From Octopus vulgaris (lineage: Eukaryota), in assembly GCA_951406725.2 (NCBI GenBank), contig OX597821.1, forward strand, positions 85,126,001 to 85,190,000: 64,000 bases of DNA. The letters run 5' to 3'. Under the pieces are notes generated by a model. It made no database searches, was not told where the DNA came from, and was given only the letters and a program-made list of their open reading frames with translations. A program made the translations under genes and the position numbers. This document shows, piece by piece, positions 1-13,526 of this stretch. Within the stretch, counting starts at the first letter, position 1, and each line of letters begins with the position of its first letter.

Positions 1-448
1 GAAGACTCCTCCTTCTCGCCAACATCCTCATCAATTATCGTCATCTATTGGATCTCAAATTTTTACCCGTCATGCACCATCCTCCCATCACTATCGCCGT
101 TATAATCAAACGGTCTTACGTAGTCATTTGATCTGCTAGAAATAGCAGTCATATCTGCTACGAATTATTCCCCTTCACCTTCAAAATAAAAACGTGTACG
201 ATGGTATATACAAACAGTGGCGTGGCTTATAGAGGAACAAGGAGAACGACTGCTCCTCACCCCATCGAGCACATTTTTTCAAAATTGGTACCTTTTATAA
301 ATGTATAATCAATGAGTAAAAAAATTGTTTAGTATGTATCACGGCACCTTTTTTTTTATGTACTCGCTCTCCCTAACTTTAAAACCTGGCTGTGCCCTTG
401 TATTCAAGGTACACTATACTTGAAAAAAAAAGTTAAGATGTGACTTAA

Positions 449-920
<472 letters not shown>

Positions 921-1556
921 GTTTATTGTAGGAACGACTTTGTCATTCTAGGTCTCCTTTTTAATTCTCTAGAACACCTACAATAAAGATCGTGTCAAAT
1001 AGAATCACTGCTGCCACAGTCGCCCTCACTATCTTCATCACTATCACATCGTATCATCATAATCACGCCGTCATCACCTCTACCCCTTCGTAATCATCAT
1101 TATAATCACCATCGTCTTCCTCATCATCAACCTGACCGTTTGCCAACTGAATCATAAGAGATATAAATTAGTGATAAGTTAGTTTGAAAGTAATTTTGAG
1201 ATGAGTTTGAAACTCCGTAACATTCGACTTAACTCTCAGAAGTTATGTTTTACTGAAAATACTGTTCAACCAGCCGTCACTCGTGAGAGAGTTTGTTCGA
1301 CCTGGTGACATGTACCTTCTATAATCCATTCAGCCATTTTCGCTGCCCACTATTTCTTGGAAGGTTGTGGGGGCACATAGGCTTGGGAACAGGGGTTTCG
1401 TGGAGTACAGTCTCCCCCACCTAACACCACCCACCCACCATATGTGTGGAGAGAAAGAGAGTTCTCAGGTACCTCTTCCATGGGGTACTGCCAGAAACGG
1501 TGACCGGTAATAAAGTCACAATTTTTGGCTAGGAAAAAAAGTAACAATTAATTTAT

Positions 1557-1699
1557 GGGATCTGGACAAAACCTCCCCAGGACAGAACTCCCTAGGACAA
1601 AACCCCCTCGGACAACCACCCCCAAACAAAACTCTTGTGACTTTTTTTCCGTGATTTTTTCCGTGACTTTTACCTGTGACATTTTTTTACCTGGATTCC
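1557..1699. mobile_element. Possible MITE with subterminal tandem repeats
   Basis: About 15-bp GGACAAAACCCCC repeats at the left end, GTGACTTTTTTCC repeats at the right end, imperfect inverted ends. Confidence 0.4.
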
Positions 1700-3966
1700 C
1701 AGAAACATCCTTGTTAGATTTCCAAGCTTACTGAAACTACGGATATTATTCAAACCATCTAACTATCATGATCTACCCCTTCATCTCCAACTGAATGGCA
1801 ATAGCGAAAGTAGGGGCGGTCGGCCCCGGACTACCATTTTATGGAGGCGACATCTTCAGAAGTCGTGGGCGGAAAACTCAAGGGCTGCCTCCGGGCGATA
1901 CACACTGTAGCTTCGCTACTGAACTCGGGTCAACTGGTCCATTAAGCCAATAGTTATGCCGATTCCCACAACGGTGTAACTAATTCTTCATACCCCACTT
2001 TTGGGGTCTATTATATGAGTGAGATTGGGTGGGGGGAACACAAGGGCCGACTGGGAAATAGATACTCTAGTTGTGTCACTGCCAGATGGCTCATCTTGAA
2101 AAAGTCTATCTTTCGATTTTTGATTTGCGATATTCTAACCAAATGTCCTTCTTACGAAACAGGGATCACACAATGTGGAGAGGTAGTAGCTTGACATGTG
2201 CCATGCTTTCGCTAATTGTTTCAGATGCCTATGCAGTAACCAGTAAACATAGGCATCTTCTCGGCTTCCTCACTCTTTATCCAGCGGAATATCCAGAATG
2301 TAGCTGTCGGGAAGAGAGAGAAAAAGGGGAAAGGAGACAGGGGGATGCACCAGCATCTAGCTGGTACACATTACAGCTGAGTAGAGTAAAAGGTTGTGAT
2401 ATGAAGAGTCTTAATTAAGGACACGCAATGTCTAGGAATTGAACCCACGATCTTGTGATCATGAGCCGAACACCCTAGCCCCTAGGCTACACACCTTCGC
2501 AGAGTTCACGTTTTACAATGAACTAATCGATACTTGCGTTTTAACCCAAGATCAGCCCGGATTGACTAGGTCTGTGATCAAAAGCAATCCAGCCGTGAAT
2601 ACCCAGTATTTTTTTTCCTTAAGACATTACACTCAGGGTTACATTTATAATCCAATCCGTTTTTAAAGAAGATAGGATGGGATTTCACGGAGATTTAGTT
2701 TCTAATTCTTGCAGGTCTACAAACAACCTGCGAGAAGTGTTGTTGTTAGCTTCACAGGTTGTATGTTGTGTGTGTGTGAATGTGTGTGAATGTGTGTGTG
2801 AATGTGTGTGTGTGTGTGTGTGATAGGGAGAGTGTGAGAGGGAGAGAGAGAGAAAGTACACATAAGTGTTAGTTTACTTACTTCTCCGTACTTCAGCGTT
2901 CAGCAAAAAGTAGCAAATAGAAAAAGTACTGGTGTTGATTTGATCAACCACATCCGGTGTCTTTTAACATTATGTGTCGTGCCTTGTATTTCGATAGTCT
3001 GACCTGCTGCCGAACTATTCTTTCATTCTCTAACTTGTTTCAGTCATTTGACTGCGGACATGCAGTACCGATTAAGAAAATTTGATGCAACATTTCTAAA
3101 GACATGATAATTCCTTCTCATATCCTTAAGGATGATGTCTAGATGATTTAGCAGAATCGTTAGAGAGACGGACAATGCATTGCAATATTTCATCTGACAC
3201 TTTAAATTCTGATTTCAAATCTCTACTCATTCCTTGAAGTCAACGGCTAGCTTTGTCACTCACCCTGTCAGGGGTTGATAAAGTGAAGTGGTATTCAAAT
3301 GCTGGGACGATTTAACAATTATCCCCTCCGATTTCTGGCTTTGTGCCTATGTCAAAAATTAATAATTTTCTTATCAGTTTGCTTGGTCATTGTTGTTAAG
3401 TGCCAAGTCATCCATTATTGAGTACACCTATGGCCAACGGTGTTTCAATTATAACAATCCATAATGTATTTCGAATTGCATTATACGATGTATCCTTTAA
3501 GGTATATTATACAATACACGTCGTAACCAAGTTTTTTAAACAGTATAATGTAATTCAAAGGCAATTTCGCTGTTCTTTCTGGTAGGTAGAACTATCACAT
3601 TAAGGCATCCTTATTTACTACTGTTTGTTTGATTATGTCCCAAGTTTTTAGTATCTGATTTTTTTCTTGCTCTTTTACCTTGCCAGAGAAGGAAAGGAAA
3701 GCGCCAATGATACTCCTTTTAAATCTTTTCCAAAGCTTCTGAAATCCGAGATCTCGCTCTAATTCTTGCAACAGAGTGTACTCCGTTCAACGACCAGATG
3801 GTGGTGTTAGTCCGGACAACAGAGTATATTTACTAGCAAAGAACACGAAGCTGGAACAAATATCGATTGGTATCGCGTCTGATGCCTTAAGTTAACTATC
3901 ACACTTTGAAACGATGCCTGCAGCAACGAAGTCGTGTTGTTGGTGATATATCCTTCACTCACATTA

Positions 3967-4485
3967 AAGGCGGCGAGCTGGCAGAATCGTTAGCACGCCG
4001 GGCGAAATGCGTAGCCGTATTTCGTTTGCCGTTACGTTCTGAGTTCAAATTCCGCCGAGGTCGACTTTGCCTTTCATCCTTTCGGGGGTCGATAAATTAA
4101 ATACCAGTTATGCACTGGAGTCGATGTAATCGACTTAATCCGTTTGTCTGTCCTTGTTTGTCCCCTCTGTGTTTAGCCCATTGTAGGTAGTAAAGAAATA
4201 GATATATTCTATTCTCACATTATCAGAAAGCTCATTCGAATTCACTGGATAGCTTTAGTTGAGAATATTTGCCTGACAAAAGGCGGCGAGCTGGCACGCC
4301 AGGCAAAATGTTTAGCGACATTTCGTTCGCCTTTACGTTGTAAGTTCAATTTCCTCCGAGGTCGACTTTACCTTTCATCCTTTTGGGGTCGATTAAATAA
4401 GTACCAGTTGAGCACTAGGATCGATGTAATCGACCTACCCACTACCCCCAACATTGCTGGTCTTGTGTTGACATTTGAAATCAAT
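3967..4485 (+). mobile_element. Two SINE family B copies (Meta/MESC-like central domain)
   Basis: GGCGGCGAGCTGGCAGAA head, GAGTTCAAATTCC B box and GACTTTGCCTTTCATCCTTTCGGGGTCGATAAA...TACCAG body; copies at about 3967-4200 and 4280-4485. Confidence 0.8.
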
Positions 4486-4499
4486 ATTATGTCTGACAA

Positions 4500-5334
4500 A
4501 ATCTTTTATAAACTACTCTTCGAAAAGGTTCTTCGTCATTTATGGGTTATTTGAACACTAAATCAGAGGCAAATGAAACTTTCCGTAACACTGAAAAGTC
4601 CTTGGATTTTCGGAGTGATATATATAAGTAGGGGCTTTAATTTCATATCACCAGCAGCGTCTCCTCCACGAAGAGTAAAATGATTTCCTAGTTTATATCC
4701 ATGTGTTGATTTTTCTTCTCAGAAATGAAAGTTCTCGCAAGTTCTCGGAAAGTGTAATTTCACCGACATTGTATACTTGTTGTGGTGTGTAACCCGTTTC
4801 AGCAATCATTTTCTTCAGCTATTCAGAATAATTAGTAGCAGCCTTTGTATCGGCACTGGGAGTTTCACCAGTCACTTTTTAATATTGTACTAATTCAAGT
4901 GCTTCTTAAACTTTTTAAAACTAGCCTTTACTTAGCACCAAAAAGGTTTTATTAGTAGTTTCCATAATCTTGTTCTGCAAATCTTCATGCAAACTTTTAG
5001 CATTTTTTATAATTGCCATCATGCTTATCGGTATGATGCATAGAATGAGATCCTCGATCCATACGCCTTGGAGCCGTCTCATTTCGAGCATCAAACCAGA
5101 GCTATGAAAAAACAACTCTTGAACTGTTAACGGAGTAACTTCTTAAACACGTAACCTAATTTTCTCTCTGTTGCTCAACGGTGCAAACCTTAATTTTGTT
5201 TTGCAATGCGGCTGATATTTTTCTCCTGCATCAAGCTCTTTTAAGGTATCCAACTTAATATCCAATGTAATCTTTCAACGGTTCTTTTTCATACTACTAC
5301 CTTCAGTTCCACTTGATGGCTTCTTTCTAGACAT
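4500..5334 (-). pseudogene. Decayed Tigger/pogo (CENP-B HTH plus DDE) transposase
   Basis: Minus strand reads MSRKKPSS...KITLDIKLD, VWIEDL...AKSLHEDL, VTGETPSADTKA, QQVYNV, GGDAAGDMKLKPLLIY..HSENPR, with stops and frameshifts. Confidence 0.8.
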
Positions 5335-6026
5335 CTTGAATTGTAGGTAAATCTAGCAAAGCCTCCATCAACATGTAGCCGCAACAAATATGTCATAAAA
5401 AAAATATAACACTAACAAAAACTGTCTTGCGAGACCAAAAATCTATTGCATTTCTATATATGTATGAATGGAAATAAGAAGGAAAGAATGAAGTGGGATG
5501 AAGCATTATATGATTACAGTTGACGGGTTACGAGCTCCATAAACACTCCGCACTTTGCTCCTCTACCTAGATCCATTGTATTTCCACTCTCTATTCGCAT
5601 GCATGCGCTCACACATATGCACACATACACACACACTCACGCATACGCACACCCACATACCGTTGTGTTGACATGCAACATACGTAGCTACAGACATTGC
5701 TATTTTGCTGATACTGTTATTGTTGTTGCCAGTTGGTTATTCAAAAGTTGGGCTGGTAGTGGCGGTGGTTTTCGTTGCATTGGTTTTAGTACAGGTGACG
5801 GTGGTGATGGTGCTGGCGGAGGCGTTGCTTGTGCTGGCAGTCATCATATTTTTCATGTTGATTGTATGACAAGCACCACATTATCTCAAATGATTGAGCT
5901 TGATTCTAGATTAAATTCCTTATATTAATCATACTATTGCAGCTTCTGCTCATTAAGTAGTTGATGGGTCGGTAATGGCAGTGGTTATATTGGTGTTGAT
6001 GCATCGTGGTGGTGAAGTTTGATTTA

Positions 6027-6277
6027 TACATACATACATACATACATACATACATACATACATACATACATACATGCATGCATGCATGCATGCATGCATA
6101 CATACATACATACATACATACATACATACATGCATGCATGCATGCATGCATACATATATACATGCATGCATACATATATACATGCATGCATGCATACATA
6201 TATACATGCATGCATGCATACATATATACATGCATGCATACATGCATGCATGCTTCCATACATACATGCATGCATGC

Positions 6278-6308
<31 letters not shown>

Positions 6309-6465
6309 CATACGACGGGCTCATTTCAGTTTCGGTCAACGAAATCCACTCACAAGGCTTTGGTCGGCTCGTGGCTATAGAAGACACTTGCCCAAAGTGC
6401 CACGCAGCGGGACTGAACCCGGAACCATTTGGTTGGGAAGCCAACCTCTTACCACGCAACCACTT
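6027..6465 (-). mobile_element. SINE family A 5' part followed by a long (TATG)/(CATG) microsatellite
   Basis: 6313-6465 is the reverse complement of the SINE A head; 6027-6312 is (TACA)n/(TGCA)n. Confidence 0.8.
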
Positions 6466-6770
6466 GGAATTACACGATTCAGGTTTCGGCTCAGGTGTTA
6501 CTCGCATGTCTCACTGTCGCATGTGCACATGGGTCCGCCGCAGTCCAAAGGTGAAATACAACGTAATGCAAAGAGCACAGTCCTTGATGATAATGGTGAC
6601 GCCACTGCCCCTTAGCATTGTGTCTATTACACCCGAGTATCTTGCTCGCTTTCTTCTGGCTCACCTCTCCCCTCTCCCCTCTCCTAGGATCACCTAGCTG
6701 CGATCTATATCCCCATTCTGCCCCCAGCGTGAGATACTGTCATCTGAAGTTGTCGTAACGCGGGAGATAT

Positions 6771-6910
6771 CTGTATGTATGTATGTATGTATGTATGTAT
6801 GTATGTATGTATGTATGTATGTATGTATGCATGCATGCATGTATGTATGTATGTATGTATGTGTGTATGTATGTGGGGGTGTATGTATGTGTGTGTGTGC
6901 GTGTGTGTAT
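6771..6910. repeat. (TATG)n/(TG)n microsatellite
   Basis: Visible tetranucleotide and dinucleotide array. Confidence 0.9.
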
Positions 6911-7589
6911 TAATGTGAGTTTGGAGGGATACATTATCCAGTCGGACACCCTATGGGTTCTCAGTTATGTTCCAGGTTTAAGGGGAAAAGGTACCACAGA
7001 ATTAGTAAATGGTTTACGGCACAAAAGAAATCACTTTAAACTTGCTAAAATAATATTCGTAAGGGAAATATAATTTCGAAGTGTTCATTTGTCAAAGTGA
7101 GGATCTGAGAAAAGATTTTGCAATTAAAAAACAAAAGAAAAGTAGAAAACTTTTCAAATATAAATGAAATAGAAGTATACAAAAATAAACGTTATCTCTT
7201 ATCGTACTCTTATTTTTGTTTCATTTTGAACAAATAAAAATCGGTTTTACGGTCTATTATTATTTATATGCATCAAAGTGCTTAGGACCTCTATCCGGCT
7301 CTGATTTATTCAATATTTCCTGCAGTGAGATAGAACACAACAGCCGTGGCCGTGTCCATACACATATTTCAGTCCTTGTCCTAGTTATGCTGAATTCAGG
7401 CCATGCAAATGTTTGTCATTACATATTTCATTGTCGTTATCTTAAATGGTAATTTTCGTTTTCTTATCTCGTGTGTTTTAATTATATTCTAAATTCCCAG
7501 TTTCTTTGATGTCTATGTTTTACTTATCTGCTGCTGCTGCACATACAAACATCCTAGATTGTAAAAGGCCATCCGGTTGATTGCTATAA

Positions 7590-7930
7590 AGTCACTTACA
7601 GATACTATTCTAACCTCTGGCCTACAGGCGTGCTGTCGCTTCTCTCTGGGTTTTTTTCTGCTTTTCCTATTGCGACGACAATGGGCCTTTACTCCTCAAA
7701 CAAGACTGGACTCAAGCCATCTCCATTTATGTTTCATGCTCGTTTCTCTTCCTCTCATTACTCTTGCTATGTCCAACCAACCCTACCCTACATTCGGCCT
7801 CTCACTAATCACTCAAACCAGTCCTTTTCCCCCAGATTATCATCCCTCCGGAATTCCCTCCTGCTCATGTTTCCTACCGGTGTTGATGTTCAAGAGAAAC
7901 AATAAAGCCCATCAATTCCACCAGTCAAGT
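7590..7930 (+). mobile_element. Decayed LINE ORF2 C-terminus (CR1/L2/Jockey-like)
   Basis: HSNQSFSPRLSSLRNSL...FP...FKRNNK resembles the SFFPRT..LWNSLP..VFP..FK terminal motif; frameshifted. Confidence 0.5.
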
Positions 7931-8519
7931 GGGAAGAGGGGGAAGCGAAGGCCGTGAACGTTGCCCCTTCCTCCAGACCCAGAAAGTAAACGAAAAATCT
8001 CTGAATAAAACATTTCTTTCTTTTTCTTTTTATATTCTCATAATTTGCTCTGATTTTTAAAAAAAATTGCCCTTATTTCTTTTCTGTGGCAGAAAATTGC
8101 AACACTAATTGAAAGCCAGAATTAGAATTAACTACAAGAGTATTAAATATGTATCTCATAGAAATTAGGGACAGATTTTAGAAATTTGAAGAAGTGATGA
8201 GAGCTCAAAGAAAGAGAAAAAGAAGCATCTTTATCCAAAGACAAAGAGATTGGATACCCCTATTGATTCTTTAAATCCTTTCAACATCCAAATACAATTG
8301 ACAGGTTATATAATTCATAACATAATTTGCCTTCTTCTAGTCTCTTCTTTTTCAGTTCAATTCATTTCTAATTCATTATATTAAAACACAACCGGACAGC
8401 TACTGATTATCTTAATTAATTAATTCTTGACAATGTGTGCGACTACTACGACTAATCTAATTTTCTTATTGTACTCTTTTTATTTTTTTCCTTTAAAATT
8501 TTTGGTTCCTTTATTTTCA

Positions 8520-8845
8520 TGCTTAGCGATATTTTGTCTGATGCTACGTTCTGAGTTCAAATTCCGCCGAGGTCGACTTTGCCTTTCATCCTTTCGGGGT
8601 CGATTAAATAAGTACCAGTTACGCACTGGGGTCGATATAATCGACTTAAACCGTGTGTCTGTCCTTGTTTGTCCTCTCTGTGTTTAGCCCCTTGTGGGTA
8701 GTAAAGAAATAGGTATTTCGTCTGCCGTTACATTCTGAGTTCAAATTCCGCCGAGGTCAACTTTTCCTTTCATCCTTTCGGGATCGATCTAATCGACTGG
8801 CTCCCCTCCTCAAAAATTTCGGGCCTTGTGCCGAGAGTAGAAAAG
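8520..8845 (+). mobile_element. 5'-truncated, internally duplicated SINE family B between two ~110-bp direct repeats
   Basis: SINE B body present twice; flanks 8405-8516 and 8845-8955 are near-identical. Confidence 0.75.
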
Positions 8846-9620
8846 ATTATCTTAATTAATTAATTCTTGACAATGTGTGCAACTACAACAACTAATCTAA
8901 TTTTCCTATTGTACTCTTTTATTATTTTCATAAAAAATTTTTGGTTCCTTTATTTGTATGTCATTTATTTATATACTTGCTTCCTTGCTTACCTGAGTCC
9001 CTCGTTCCTTGCAATTCATCGGCCATCAACGACTTTTCTCCCCTGCTTTCGACTTTGGACTGACTTTTCTGCTTCTTTCCAGTTCGATCCCTGGCTCCTT
9101 ACGACTTCCTCTCAGATTTTGTTGCACCGCGTCATATGTTTCGTTGCGAGAAGTTTTCCTGTCCCAGGTCATGTTGGTTTTGATTTGTCATCATTGGCTC
9201 GGTAACTTTGCCGGGGTTTTTTCTATTTAGGGATGTTGGCCCTACACATACTCACTTTTACCTCTGAGAAGAAGTAGTCCACATTTATCTGGCTTCTATC
9301 CTTTGACCTGTCGAATATGGGACCAGGAGCTGGTGCTCTACTGGCATAGCTCTCAAGCTCATTGGGGTACACAATTCTCGACTTAACGTTTTTAGCCAGG
9401 TGGCCACGTTTCGGCGTTTTAGCGAAGATCAAAGCATATAGTTAACAATTATGAAATATATATAATCACGCTAACGATACATGTGTATGTATGAGAGATG
9501 GGTAGTGGTGAATGAAGGAATGAAAGAAGGAAGGAAGGAAGGACTGAGTATGCATGCAATTGTTTGTGTGTGCGTCACTATAAAGACTAACGGAGTGTGA
9601 GATGGAATTTTTCATCGTGA

Positions 9621-9995
9621 AGGCGCGGCTGTGTGGTAAGAAGCTTGCTTCCCAACCACATGGTTCTGGGTTCAGTCCCACTGCGTGAGACCTGGGTCAA
9701 TTGTCTTCTATTCTACTATAGCCTCTGGCTGACCAAAGCCTTATTATTTGGATTTGGTAGACGGAAACTGAAAGAAATCAATCGTGTGTGTGTGTGTGTT
9801 ATGTGTGTGTCATTGTGTCTGTGTTTGCTTCTCACACCACTTGATAACCGGTGATGGTGTGTTTACATCTCCGTAACTTAGCGTTTCTGTAAAAGAGACC
9901 AATAGAATAAGTAGCAGGTTCAACTGGACTAACATTTTCTTCAAAACAGTGCCCCAGCATTGCCGCAGTCTAATGACTGAAACAAGTAAAAGATA
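9621..9995 (+). mobile_element. SINE family A
   Basis: Same head and body as 449-920, diverged. Confidence 0.8.
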
Positions 9996-10594
9996 AAAAA
10001 AACTTGTATATATATATTTTGGGGGGGAGGGGGTCACAATGACTATCTATCTATCTATCTATCTATCTGTCCATCTATCTATCTATCTATCTGTCCATCT
10101 ATCTAAATATCTATCTATCTATCTATCTATCTGTCTGTCTATCGACCTTCACCACCTACATAAATGTATTTCTCTCCAAATGTTTTTTTTATGCATGTTT
10201 AGAAATTATTTTCATGCATAAAATAGTGGTGCTCCAGCATGACCGCAGTTTTAAAGTTGAAACACTGAAAAGAAACAAAAGAATAAGTGGTTGCGTTGGT
10301 TGTTTTATTTTCATTGTTACGGTTGTTTTTGCCATCCATTCACTTACAAAAAAAAAATCCGTTACGACAAGATCTTTCTAGGACGCGTGGTTTCCGTAAT
10401 ATGAAGAGATTCCGGTATTTAAATAATATTAAATAATAATATGTCCTATATTCAACTTAACATGCGTTATTAGCCATGAGGGACTCTCTCATATAGGTGC
10501 TTTGTGCGTAAAAGCACACAGGTAACCATGTTAATTTGAATATAAAGGTTAATTTTTGATATTAATACTGCTTCCGTCACTAATAATTCATTTT

Positions 10595-11175
10595 ATGCTC
10601 TATAGTTATAGGTTGAAAGCCAATAAGAAAATTAATTTCGCATTACGTCAAGATTGTCAGGAGCGCATTGATCCCGTAACATAAGGTGGTTCCTGTATTT
10701 AAACAATAATATGCTCTATAGTTATAGCTTAAAAGCCAGCAAGAAAATTAATTTCACGTTACGTCAAAATGTTCAGGAACGCGTTGATTCCGTAATGTGA
10801 GGGGATTCCTGTATTTAAACAATATCATCTATAGTTATACCATAAAAGCCACAAGGAAAATTAATTTCGCGTTACGTTAAGATTTTCATGGACGCTTTGA
10901 TTCTGTAACATGAGGGAGTTACTGTATTTTTAAATAATATGCTCTAAGTTATACCTTGAAAGCCAGTAGGAAAATTAATTTCGCGTTACGTTAAGATTTT
11001 CAGGAACGCTTTGATTCTGTAACATGAGGGAGTTCCTGTATTTAAATATGCTCTAAGTTATACCTTGAAAGCCAGTAGTAAAATTAATTTCGCGTTACGT
11101 TAAGATTTTCGGAAACGCTTTAATTCCGTAACATGAGGACAGTCTTTACTTAACTGATAATAATATGCTCTATTG
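10595..11175. repeat. Tandem satellite, ~110-120-bp unit, about 5 copies
   Basis: Recurring AAAATTAATTTCGCGTTACGTTAAGATTTTC...GTAACATGAGG...CCTGTATTTAAA; partial copy at about 10360-10440. Confidence 0.9.
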
Positions 11176-11659
11176 TAGGTTACCTAGTAATTCTTTTCAC
11201 TATCATGTCACATGCTTCTACAACACGCGACATTATCATATTTTATACAGGAAGTATTTCTTCACACAGAAACTGATAAAAGTCTCGTTTACTTATTTTT
11301 TTCTAGTATGTCTCTACTATTTCGTCATACTCTATATTTGACATTAGCTGACGTGGGTTTTTGATTGTTTTGGGGGTTTTTTTTAATATATATATATATA
11401 CTGTAGTCTGTTCAGTTCTATCGTGCAGATTTATCAATGATGAAAGGCGTTTCAGTTGTCACTATCTCATCTTCATCTCTTCTTCAAAGACAAAGTCTGT
11501 TTAGTATGGCGATTCTTAACCAGGGTCCATATAAGATTTTGTTGCTACAAGTTAACTGCAATAAATACCTTATACTTCTACAACTAATAAGTTATTTAAT
11601 TTTTTTTTATACAATTCCCAATTATACATTTTTTCTACAATCCCTGGTAATAATAATTA

Positions 11660-12048
11660 CGAGTGACTGTGTAGTAAATAGCTTACTTACCAACCACATG
11701 GTTCCAGGTTCAGTCCCACTGCGTGGCACCTTGGTCAAGTGTCTTCTACTATAGCCTCGGGCCTACCAAAGCCTTGTGAGTGGATTTGGTAGACGGAAAC
11801 TGAAAGAAGCCCGTCGTATATATGTAGTGTGTGTGTGTACGTACGTTTGTGTGTCTGTATTTGTCCCCACAACATCGCTTGACAACCGATGCTGGTGTGT
11901 TTACGTCCCCGTAACTTAGCAGTTCGGCAAAAGAGACCGATAGAATAAGTACTAGGCTTACAAGGAATAAGTCCTGGGGTCGATTTGCTCGACTAAAGGC
12001 GGTGCTCCAACATGGCCACAGTCAAATGACTGGAACAAGTAAAAGAGT
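11660..12048 (+). mobile_element. SINE family A
   Basis: Near full-length match to 449-920. Confidence 0.85.
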
Positions 12049-12268
12049 ATAATATATAATATGATTTTTTAAAATCATTGAATGGCTAGGATTGTCCATC
12101 CGAGTAAAATAAAAATCAAATGGATCCATAGGTAGAAAAAAAATGGTTCAGAAACCCTTTCATGACGGTGGAGTGAGAAACTTGAAGGAAATTCGGTTAT
12201 TTCTGCCAGGCCAAGCAACCGCGTAAAAACTTCTTTATTGGTTATTCATTATAATATTTATTGTTAGG

Positions 12269-13305
12269 AAGGCAGCGAGCTGGCAGAAACGTTAGCACGC
12301 CGAGCGAAATACTTAACAGTATTTCGTCTGCCGTTACGTTCTGAGTACAAATTCCGCCGAGGTCGACTTTGCTTTTCATCCTTTCGGGGTCGATAAATTA
12401 AGCACCAGTTATGCACTGGGGCCAATGTAATCGACTTAATCCCTTTGTCTGTCTTTGTTTGTCCCTTCTATGTTTAGCCCCTTGTGGCTAATAAAGAAAT
12501 GGGTATTTCGTCTGCCGTTACGTTCTGAGTTCAAATTCCGCCGAGGTCGACTTTGCTTTTCATCCTTTCGGGGTCGATAAATTAAGTACCAGTTACACAC
12601 TGGGGTCGATGTAATCGACTTAATCCCTTTGTCTCTCCTTGTTTGTCCCCTCTATGTTTAGCCCCTTGTGGGTGATAAAGAAATAAGAATCGTTACTGCG
12701 CCGGTCAAAATGCTTAGCGGCATTTCGTCTGTCTTGACGTTCTTTACGAGTCGATAAATTATGTACCATTTGAGCACTGGGGTCGATTACATCGACTATC
12801 CCCTATCCCCCAAAATTGTCAGGCCTAGTGCCTATGGAAGAAAATAATATCTACCGGTAGGAAGGCGGCGAGTTGGCAGAATCGTTAGCACGCCGGGCAA
12901 AATGCTTCACGACATTTCGTCCGTCTTTATGTTCAAATTCCGTCGAGGTTGACTTTATCGTTCATTATTTCGGGGTCGACAAAATAAGTACCAGTTGAGT
13001 ACTGGGGCCGATGCAATCGACTAACCCGCTTCCCCGAAATAGCTGGCCTTGTGCCAAAATTTGAAATCAATATTTATTGGTTGGTTAAGGCGGCAAGCTA
13101 ACAGAATTGTTACCGCACTGGGAAAAATTCTTACCGGCATTCTTTTTTTCAACTTCGTGCTCTGAGTTCAAATGCCACCAGGGTGAACTTTGCCTTCCCT
13201 CCTTTCGGGGTCGATAAGATAAGTATCAGTTGAACTCTGGTATAAATGTAATCAATTTATTTACTCCTCCGAAACTTCTGGACTTGTGCAAAAATTTGAA
13301 ATCAG
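12269..13305 (+). mobile_element. Head-to-tail cluster of SINE family B copies
   Basis: Heads at about 12270, 12863 and 13089, plus internal duplications at about 12500 and 12690. Confidence 0.8.
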
Positions 13306-13375
13306 TATTTACAATAGGTTGATTATAAACATTATTTACATTTGACGGATATTTGTCCTCACCTTGTTTGTTATT

Positions 13376-13421
13376 AACACAACGTTTCGGCTGATAAACC
13401 CTCCAGCCTTCATCAGGTGTC
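13376..13421 (-). ncRNA. Minimal type I hammerhead ribozyme motif in a short Penelope-like element (about 13325-13470)
   Basis: Minus strand GACAC-CUGAUGA-A-GGCUG[GAGGGUUUAU]CAGCC-GAAA-CG-UU-GUGUU: intact core boxes, 5-bp stem II, 5-bp stem I, palindromic AACGUU in place of stem III. Confidence 0.7.
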
Positions 13422-13468
13422 TTAGGGAAATTTCGAACCTGGGTTCTCATTCCTAAGGTATATTTCGA

Positions 13469-13470
<2 letters not shown>

Positions 13471-13526
<56 letters not shown>

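Noticed and set aside
5906-6697. Long ORFs such as MYVCMYVC/HTYIHT (also 14876-15296 and 24499-25015)
   Set aside because: Translations of stop-free tetranucleotide microsatellites.
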